DNA of 64,000 nucleotides from Histomonas meleagridis 2922-C6/04-290x. Lineage: Eukaryota; Protista; Parabasalia. The translations under genes and the position numbers were made by a program. Positions within the stretch are counted from its first letter, which is position 1; each line of letters begins with the position of its first letter. Below, piece by piece: positions 55,447-64,000 of the stretch. Location of the stretch: the NCBI GenBank assembly GCA_020184695.1, contig JAANOX010000238.1, positions 62,001 through 126,000 on the forward strand, given 5' to 3'. The notes under the pieces are model-generated. The model saw only the letters and a program-made list of their open reading frames with translations. It had not been told where the DNA came from and searched no databases.

Positions 55447-57659
55447 ATGAGGCCAAAGGAACATTGCAACTGGGAAACACTTCTATCTATAAATCAAGCA
55501 ATTTTTGGTTTGAATGAAGAAAGTTTCCCTAGAACTTTAGGTTTGATAATCAACAAATTTGATGAAATCCATCCTTTATCTTATGATTTAATTATTATTC
55601 AAATGATATATTATTCCTTTGTAATTAAAATCAATAAAAAGGATTTATTTTTGAATATTATAAAAGAAATAAGAGCATTTGAAGAGAGTAATAAAATCAA
55701 ATCCAATATATTTGATGTATTTGGTCGATTTCTTATCAATAAGTATACAAATGAATCATCTTATCTTCTTGAAGCTATGATTGAACATAATTTTCTTGAA
55801 CCAAATATTGTAAAAAACGACCAGAGTGCTTATTTTGCACATTATATGTCTAAAGATAAATTAGCAATCCGTTTAAGGGAATATGATTTTGTAAGTGCCT
55901 TACCGAATTATGATGAACTTTCAAAGAATGATTGGGAACTTCATAAGAAATTAATTCGAGAAGGACATAATCCAAATGAAATTTCGAAAATAATACGAAA
56001 TGATGAAATAGAAAAACTTCAAGAAATATCATCACGATGTAATTTTAGTTATAATCAAAAAATTGATAAATCTATTTATGAAAAATGTTCTTTTATAAAT
56101 ACGAAATATGTTACACCCATTAATTATGCAGCATTCTTTGGATCTGTTAAATGTTTTAAATATTTGCTTATAAATGGTGCAAAATTAATAGACACAGGTA
56201 AATATGCAGTTGCAGGCGGAAATGAAGAAATCATTCATTTATGTGAACAAAATCATTCATCTTTTAATAATGCTTATGAAGCAGCAATTGAATTTCATCG
56301 AAATGATATCTTTAAATATTTTTATGATAATAAGTTAAAAGAAATTCATAATTTAGAAGAATTAGGAAAGCTTTGTATTTTATATCATAATTATGAAATA
56401 TTTTCATATTTACTTAAAGAAGGAATGAAGATCAATGATGATATTATTAATGAAGCAGCAAATATTGGAAATATTTTTTTTGTTAAATATTTCCTTAAAG
56501 ATCATTCAATTCCCCATGATATATTGGTGTTTTCAGCCGGATCAGGAAATATTGAACTTGTTGAATACGTATTAAAACAAAAAGGAATTAAAATTAATGC
56601 TAAAGATATTTATTTGTTTTATTTAATATTTATTTTAATAATTTAGAATTTCAAAATAATATTTGGAAATTATTTAAAATATTTAGAACAACACTTATGA
56701 TTGCATCTTGTAAAGGTTACACAGAAATAGTTAAATTACTTCTTGAACAAGAAGGAATTGAAATTAATGCTAAAGATATTTATTTGTTTTATTTAATATT
56801 TATTTTAATAATTTAATATTTCAAAATAATATTTGGAAATTATTTAAATTATTTAATACAGCACTTATGTTTGCATCTTCAAATGGTCATACAGAAATAG
56901 TTAAATTGCTTCTTGAACAAGAAGGAATTGATATTAATGCTAAAGATATTTATTTGTTTTATTTTGTATTTGTTTTAATAATTTTATGTTTCAAAATAAT
57001 ATTTGGAAATTATTTGAAATATTTAGAACAGTACTTATGTTTGCATCTTCAAATGGACATACAGAAATAGTTAAATTACTTCTTGAACAAGAAGGAATTG
57101 ATATTAATGATAAAGATATTTATTTGTTTTGTTTAAAATTTATATTAATAATTTGGAAATTCAAAATAATATTTGGAAATCATTTAAATTATTTATTACA
57201 GTACTTATGTGGGCATCTTGGAATGGTCATACAGAAATAGTTAAAATACTTCTTGAACAAGAAGGAATTGATATTAATGCTGAAGATATTTATTTGTTTT
57301 ATTTAATATCAATTTTTCAAAATAATATTTGGAAATTATTTAAATTATTTAATACAGCACTTATGTTTGCAGCTGAAAATGGTCATACAGAAATAGTTAA
57401 ATTACTTCTTGAACAAGAAGGAATTGAAATTAATGCTAAAGATATTTATTTGTTTTATTTAATATTTATTTTAATAATTTAGAATTTCAAAATAATATTT
57501 GGAAATTATTTAAAATATTTAAAACAGCACTTATGATAGCATCTGATGAAGGTAATACAGAAATAGTTAAATTACTTCTTGAACAAGAAGGAATTGATAT
57601 TAATGCTGAAGATATTTATTCGTTTTATTTAATATTTATTCGTTAAAAATTTAATTTAA
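55447..57659 (+). CDS. DUF3447-type ankyrin-repeat protein with spacer arrays (3' end possibly truncated)
   Basis: 387 contiguous codons, then arrays at 56608, 56778, 56948, 57118, 57288 and 57444 reading NRGR, NNGN, CYGR, KGGI, N(IN)GN and NRGK, plus a partial array at 57614. Confidence 0.78.
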
Positions 57660-58112
57660 CAATTCGATCCAGTTTGAACTGAAAGGGTCGGTTGAAAGGG
57701 GCCTGTTCACCAAAAACGGAGCATTTGTTTTATTTAAAATTTATTCTTTTAGATCAATTACACAACCGCAAACCAATTCCAATTTGAATATTCAAATTTA
57801 TTACAAAGTTGGAGGTGTATGGAAAAATAAAGGTGTAGACACGAAATTTCAAATAAAAATATCTTGATAAAAATCAGGATTAAAAACATATTACGAAACA
57901 TACTGTTGTTATTAATTATAGATGGAAAAATAATTATATTGTTAAAATCACATAATTTAGTTAATATTTTCTCTTTATAATAAATAATTATTATTTAGAT
58001 ATATTAATTATGAAAATTCCAATTAAATGAAAAAAATCCATAAAATTTCCAAAAAATTGTTGGTTTTATTTTTTAATAGTTTACATGTTTATTCACTTTT
58101 TGTATGTTTTCC

Positions 58113-61100
58113 TTATCTTATTTTTTTGACATTTGTATCAATCCCATTTTGTGCAAGAAGGAGATCAACTATATCACCAAAAGATTTTTCATATGCAATA
58201 GCGAGTGATGACATAAATATTATTAATAATTTCCAAATATTATTTCGAGATATTAAATTATTAAGACAAAATTTAAATATAACAAATATATATTTTTAGC
58301 ATTAATATCAAGTCCTTTTTGTTCAAGAAGTAATTTAACGATATTTCTATTACCTTTTTTAGTTGCTTTAATAAGTGATGTATCAAATACTTTCAATAAT
58401 TTCCATATATTATTTTTGAAATATCATATTAACAAAATAAATATTAATTAAAACAATCAAATATTTTTAGCATTAATATCAATTCCTTTTTGTTCAAGAA
58501 GTAATTTAACTATTTCTGTATTACCTTCATCAGATGCAATCATAAGTGCTGTTTTAAATATTTTAAATAATTTCCATATATTCATTTGAAATAGGAAATT
58601 ATTAAAACAAATATTAAATATGGTAAGTAAACATCTTTGGCATTTATATCAATTTCTTCATGTTTAAGAAGTAAATTAACTATTATTATATTTTCTTTTA
58701 TAACAGCACAAATAAGTGCTGTAAAAAATAATATAAAAAAATTCCAAATATTATTTTGATATAAAAAATTATTGTAATAAATTTTAAATAAAACAAACAA
58801 ATGCTTTTAGCATTAACATCAATTTCTTTTTGTTCAAGAAGTAATTTAACTATTTCTATATGCTCATTTAAAGTTGCAAACATTAATGCTGTTTGGAATG
58901 CTTCAAATAATTTCCAAATCTTGTTTTGAAATATAAAATCATAAAAACAAATCCTAAATAGAAAAAGTAAAAATATTCTTTAGCATTGATATCAATTCCT
59001 TCTTGCTCAAGAAGTAATTTGATAACTTCTTTATAACCTTTTTCAGATCCATACATAAGTGCAGTTTGAAATATAATAAATAATTTCCAAAAATTGTTTT
59101 AAGTTATTAAATTGTTAAAATAAATATTAAATACAATATAGAAATATTCGCAGAATTAATATCAATTCCTTCTTGTTCAAGAAGAAATTTAACTATTTCT
59201 GAATGCTCATTTAAAGAAGCAAGCATAAGTACTGTTTGAAATATAATAAATAATTTCCAAATATTATTTTGAAATAAAAAATTATTAAAATAAATATTAA
59301 ATATAACAAACAAATATCTTTATCATTAATATCAATTTCGTTTTGCTCAAGAATTAATTTGACTATTTCTATATGACCATTTGAAGATGCAAGCATAAGT
59401 GCTGTTTGAATCAATTTAAATAATTCCCAAATATTATTTTGAAATTAAAAATTATTAAAACAAATTTTATATAAAATAAACACATGCTTTTAGCATTAAT
59501 ATCAATTCCTTCTTGTTCAATAAGTATTTTAACGATATCAATATTACCATTTTCAGATGCATACATAAGTGCTGTCGTAAATATTTTAAATAATTTCCAA
59601 ATATTATTTTGATATTTTAAATTTTTTATATAAATCAGAAATTAATTAAAAAATTTTTTTCTTTTAAATTGACATCAATTCTTTTTTGTTCGAGAAGTAA
59701 TTTAACTATTTCATTTTTACCATCTTTAGATGCAAATATAAGTGCTGTTCTAAGTAATTAAAATAATTTCCAAATATTAGATTGAAATATCAAATTATTA
59801 ATATAAATATCAAATAAAATAAATAAATGTCTTTAGCATTAACATCAATTCCTCTTTTTTTAAGAAGTAATTTAGCGATTTCCATGTTGCCATTTCCAGA
59901 TGCATACATAAGTGCTGTTGAAAATGATTTAAATAAATTCCGAATAATATATTGATACCAAAAGTTATTAAACCAAATATTAAATAAAATAATTAAATAT
60001 CATCAACATTTACATTAATTCCTTTTTGTTCTAGTATTAATTTAACCATTTCTACATGTTCTTTAACAGTTTCAATTATAAGTGCAGGTTGAAATAATAT
60101 AAATAATTTCCAAACATTAAATTAAAACAAAAAATAAATCAAAAAAATCTTGTTTTTAAGATTGATATTAATTACTTTTCTTTCTAAAATAAATTTCTCA
60201 AGCTCATCATTTCCTGATTCTATAGCATGAAACAAAATTTTATCAGGAAATTCATTAAAATATTTAATAAGATATAAATTTCCAAGCGATGCAATTTCAT
60301 AAATCATCTTTTCATTGCTTTTCATTCTTTTTTCAATTAAATATGATAAAATTTCATAATTATGATACAAAATACAAAAATGTCCTAAAATATTTAAATA
60401 TTTTTGTCCCTTTTTTTTACCAGAAGTTGAACATAAATTTATATTATTAAAACTATTGAAATTAATTGATGAGTTACCAGTAATTGGAAAATTATTTTCT
60501 TCTAATGTTTTAACTTTTTCGGAATTATTTTCATAAAGATATTTAAAGATATCATTTTGATGAAATTCAATTGCTGCTTCGTATGTGCCTTCAAATGAAG
60601 AATGATTTTGTTCACATAAATGAACGATTTCAATATTTCCGCCTGCAACAGCATATTTACCTGTGTTAAAAACATTTGCACCATTTATAATTAAATATTT
60701 AAAACATTTGACTGCTGAAAAAAATGCTGCATAATCAATTATTGTAACATTTTCATGATTAATAAATGAACATTTTTCATAAAGAGATAATTGAATTATT
60801 TGATTAAAATCAAAATTTGCTTGTGATGATATTTCTTGAAGTTTTTCGATTTCATCATTTCGAATTATTTTCGCAATTTCATTCGGATTACGTCCTTTTT
60901 TAATTAATTTCTTATGAAGTTCCCAATCATTTTGTTTAAGCTCTTCATGATTATTTATATAATGCATTATATTGATGAAATGAGGTTTATTTGTTTTAAT
61001 GATATTTTTAATTTCTTTTTCTTTTTGTCGATGAATAAAATAAAGTGGTTGAACATTTTCAACTAAATTTTCAACTATATTTTCATCAATTAAATTTTCT

Positions 61101-61471
61101 ACAATCATTTTCTCAATTAAATATAATGATTCTTGTGTGAGTGTTTTAGATATACAATTATAAAAAATGTTAAAAACTTTAGATTTATTTTTATAGATTT
61201 CTTCTTCTTTTGTTTGAATTTTTTCTAAATATTTAATATATAAATTATTTATTTCTTTGTGTGAAAAAAATGCATAATAAGCTAAATTACAAATAACTAA
61301 ATTACATGAATTAGGAAAATTAATATCAAATAACTTCATTGTTTGTTCAATTGATAATTCAAAATTTTCTTGAGATAAATTAAATATAATTTTTTGAAGC
61401 TCGCAAAGAGTTTCAAGATAATAATTTGATGATTTAGTATTATTGTTTTTCTTGCTTCTTTTTACAGGCAT
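58113..61471 (-). CDS. DUF3447-type ankyrin-repeat protein, 852 aa after removing 47 spacers (46 of 17 nt, 1 of 18 nt)
   Basis: 441 contiguous codons from the ATG at 61471, then 12 arrays. Ends GIDTNVKKIR-stop. 3359-800=2559 nt = 853 codons. Confidence 0.85.
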
Positions 61472-61541
61472 TATGCGTTTTAAATGATTTACATAGAAAA
61501 CGTTAAAAAAGAAGATCCTAACAGAGTTTGTCAAATCAAAT

Positions 61542-62183
61542 ATGAACTCCAATAAATGGAAGTTTCCATATCAAAAGAAAAAAAGAGAGCGTCAACAACC
61601 CAGCTCACGCGCCCACCTTGGGTTCCTTGAAAAAAAGAAAGATTATGTAATAAGAGCTAAATATCAACATGAAAAAGATAATTTTATTCATCAAATGAAA
61701 AGAGAGGCAGCACAAAGAAATCCTGATGAATTTTATTTTTCAATGATTACTGATTCGAAAAAGAAAAAATTAGAAACAAAATCAAAACCATTAAGTCACT
61801 TTAATAAAGAGCAACGTCTTTTACTAGAAACACGTGATCAAAACTATATTCAGATGAAACTGCAGATTCACCGTAAAAAACTTGAAGAGTTAAAACAAAT
61901 GATTCCTCCTCCAAAACCCAAACCAACTCGATTTTTTGCAACAATTGAAGAAGCTTTAGCCGCCAAAGAAAAGGAGGAACAAGAAGAAGCAGCAGAGGAA
62001 CCTACTCCTGAAATCAGAGAACTGAAAAAAGAAATTGCACAAAGAGAAAAAATTGTTAATCAGCTTCAAGAAGTATATGATGAAATGCAGTTACAAAAAG
62101 ACCTTAAAGATGGCGAACATACCACATATGAGGATGATGAGGGAAATGTTTCTTATCAATGGAAGAGAGAAAGAAAACACTAA
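61542..62183 (+). CDS. UTP11: U3 snoRNP/SSU processome protein Utp11
   Basis: RERQQP..R.HLGFLEKKKDY..RA and RNPDEFYFSM motifs. Confidence 0.9.
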   Translation: MNSNKWKFPYQKKKRERQQPSSRAHLGFLEKKKDYVIRAKYQHEKDNFIHQMKREAAQRNPDEFYFSMITDSKKKKLETKSKPLSHFNKEQRLLLETRDQNYIQMKLQIHRKKLEELKQMIPPPKPKPTRFFATIEEALAAKEKEEQEEAAEEPTPEIRELKKEIAQREKIVNQLQEVYDEMQLQKDLKDGEHTTYEDDEGNVSYQWKRERKH

Positions 62184-62752
62184 CAATATTTAATAAAATA
62201 GAACTTTAATTTTAATTTTTAGAGTGTGCTAAAGTAAAAACTCGAAGAAGAATGAAACAAATTAATTTACTGATGGCGACCGTTAACACCGATTTGATGA
62301 GATAATTCTTCGATTCTTAATGTTAAACGATGTTATTACCTTATTTTGAACCAAATTATGGAAGGTGAAATGCTTTATTCAAATTTCTTTTTCAAATATT
62401 AAATCTGATATTATCAGGTTGTAATTCAGATTTGTTATTGGTCAACTTATATGAGCCCTCCTTGGTAAGTTAGTGATCAATATTTGTAAGCCAGAAGACA
62501 ACAGTTTAAAAATATATTATTAATGATTAATAACTTTCACTATCGAAAAACATTTGAATGGCGTAATTCTTATGACTTAACACTACTCGTAAACAAGAAA
62601 GAACTTAAAGTCCTTTTCGAGTTGTGACAAATTTCTTTGTTTTTTTATTTTTTTCAGAACTGTCAACATTTTGAATTTAAAACCAGAGAACAAACCGTTA
62701 GATCATTAAAAAATTCAAGGAACAAACCGATCAAAAGGAAGACTGATTGTTG

Positions 62753-64000
62753 ATGAAGGTTACACAAAATTCATCAATTAACAAATCAAAAAACAATACC
62801 CTTTCGTCTCCCAAGAGCCCTACAAAACCTAATAGGACCACAGAACCCGTTTTTCTTGATTCCAAAAAAAGAATTTATGATAAACTATACAGACCTGTAA
62901 AAGCAAAAACAGGAAAACAAGAGGAGTTAGAAATTTCTCCTCAAACTTTTCCTTTGCCAGAAAATGTTACAACTAAAAGTAATTATTATTCAGAATGTCG
63001 TGAATGGAAACAACAAACAAAGAAGTTAGTAAGTGGATTCTACTTAGCTACTCCAATTGTTGCGGATTTACGTATACCTCAAAAACCATATCATGTAAAA
63101 GTTGGATCACATCAATACAGAGGATTTAACCCAAGGAAAATGCCGCCAACGCCTATTAACTATGTAGTAATGGACAAAATAATTTTTAGTGGATATGATT
63201 TTAGAGATGAAGATACATTTCCAGTTCAATATCCAAATAGAGACGTACTCAATTTTAAACATCAAGTCACAAAAGAACCTCAATGGCAATCTCAACTTCT
63301 TCCACGTGAACCATATCCGTTTTTATATGATAAATTCCAGGACTTTGAAGAAGCTTATAAAAACTGGAGAAATGTTTGCGCCGAAGGCCTTAAAATTCCT
63401 CTTCGTCCCAAAGCTTTAGACATCAAAGTAGATTTAATTCCAAATTCACCAATATATAAAATGCAAGCAAAACCAAAAGAAAAACTAGAGACGCACGACT
63501 TTTCATGGGCCAAAGGATTAGCGTTTAGTGGCACTGAGGAAGAAGCCTCAAGTCTTAAAAAGCTATCAAATTATCCATCTGGATATCGAATGACATCTGT
63601 ACCTGACAATTGTATTGTAGTTGGCTTTGACCAAACAGAGTTTCTTCTTGACTTCAAATATTATGGGTGTCATATGAGAGCAATTTATTCTGATACTCCA
63701 TTAGTTTGTAGTAAGACTGTACCTCTTGATGACCGAGCAGAGAAACGTATTTTAGAGGTCTTTGCCAAACATGAGCATTCAGGGATGAATCAAATTCTCG
63801 ATCTTTTAAATGTTGGGTTTGATCAAGAATCTTTCCAAATAGCAGCCAACCAAGCCAATCGTATTCGTTCACGTTCTGTTAAACGTAAGTCGAGTTCACA
63901 TCTTAGTTCTCGTTCTAATTCAGTATTTGGTCAAATCCCACGATCAACATCATCTTCCTCCAAACTTGGTCAATCGTTATTACAAAACTCAACCTCACCA
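62753..64000 (+). CDS. Hypothetical protein, partial (runs off the window end)
   Basis: Frame from the ATG at 62753 (MKVTQNSSINKSK...), read stop-free for roughly the first 230 codons and apparently open to the window end; absent from the ORF track, consistent with no stop in the window. Confidence 0.75.
   Translation, partial: MKVTQNSSINKSKNNTLSSPKSPTKPNRTTEPVFLDSKKRIYDKLYRPVKAKTGKQEELEISPQTFPLPENVTTKSNYYSECREWKQQTKKLVSGFYLATPIVADLRIPQKPYHVKVGSHQYRGFNPRKMPPTPINYVVMDKIIFSGYDFRDEDTFPVQYPNRDVLNFKHQVTKEPQWQSQLLPREPYPFLYDKFQDFEEAYKNWRNVCAEGLKIPLRPKALDIKVDLIPNSPIYKMQAKPKEKLETHDFSWAKGLAFSGTEEEASSLKKLSNYPSGYRMTSVPDNCIVVGFDQTEFLLDFKYYGCHMRAIYSDTPLVCSKTVPLDDRAEKRILEVFAKHEHSGMNQILDLLNVGFDQESFQIAANQANRIRSRSVKRKSSSHLSSRSNSVFGQIPRSTSSSSKLGQSLLQNSTSP

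Noticed and set aside
56608-56687. One conventional 68-nt intron per repeat
   Set aside because: There are no consistent GT/AG ends or ACTAAC branch motif, and a single excision cannot restore the invariant Gly, which lies 17 nt upstream of the last loop codon. The GT..AG pair at 56616-56646 is not conserved in other units.
56818-56841. Hairpin ATTTCAAAAT-AAT-ATTTGGAAAT as the processing signal
   Set aside because: It is present only in the young repeat family, not in the diverged 46.4-47.8 kb gene, and AT-rich DNA forms such stems by chance.
56581-57650. 170-bp periodic array as a CRISPR array or satellite
   Set aside because: The conserved part is protein-coding ankyrin sequence, the context is eukaryotic, and there are no cas genes.
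56867-59414. Small hydrophobic ORFs in the track (e.g. 56867-57070, 57129-57482, 58582-58800, 59107-59313) as separate genes
   Set aside because: They are single ankyrin modules read into flanking spacers and are fully explained by the interrupted genes.
204-63872. Numerous short antisense or alternate-frame ORFs (e.g. 204-533, 13636-13956, 14152-14697, 26506-26991, 45386-45709)
   Set aside because: They are shadows of well-supported genes on the other strand or frame, with no recognisable motifs.
1-64000. tRNA, rRNA, snRNA genes or canonical Trichomonas-type introns
   Set aside because: None recognised by eye, and no ACTAACACACAG-type 3' motif was found in a coding context. tRNAscan or Infernal would be needed to exclude them.

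Overview
AT-rich, gene-dense eukaryotic DNA from a parabasalid, probably a tritrichomonad. This is inferred from Inr/M3/M5-type core promoters, DUF3447-type ankyrin genes, BspA remnants and a bacterial-type AsnA. The window holds about 25 ordinary genes with uninterrupted ORFs (RPL13A, RPS30, RPS13, cofilin, RasGEF, SMN-like, SAC3/GANP, P4-ATPase, Myb, WD40-bromodomain, two karyopherins, AsnA, Rab, TKL and CK1 kinases, ROK1, Utp11), one decayed mariner and several pseudogene remnants. The main finding is in the ankyrin genes. In nearly every ankyrin repeat the four beta-hairpin codons (x-x-G-x, between 'INAKD' and 'TAL') are single triplets separated by T-rich spacers of almost invariant 17 nt, giving a 20-nt period: D-[17]-x-[17]-x-[17]-G-[17]-x-TAL. 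About 130 such spacers occur at six loci. None has GT-AG ends. Removing them by hand restores canonical ankyrin loops (DNNGNTAL, NADGWTAL, DNKGFTAL) and uninterrupted ORFs of 669 aa (48983-46428) and 852 aa (61471-58113), each ending at its own in-frame stop. This points to an apparently undescribed way of removing or skipping 17-nt segments around 3-nt micro-exons. The mechanism is not determinable from sequence alone.
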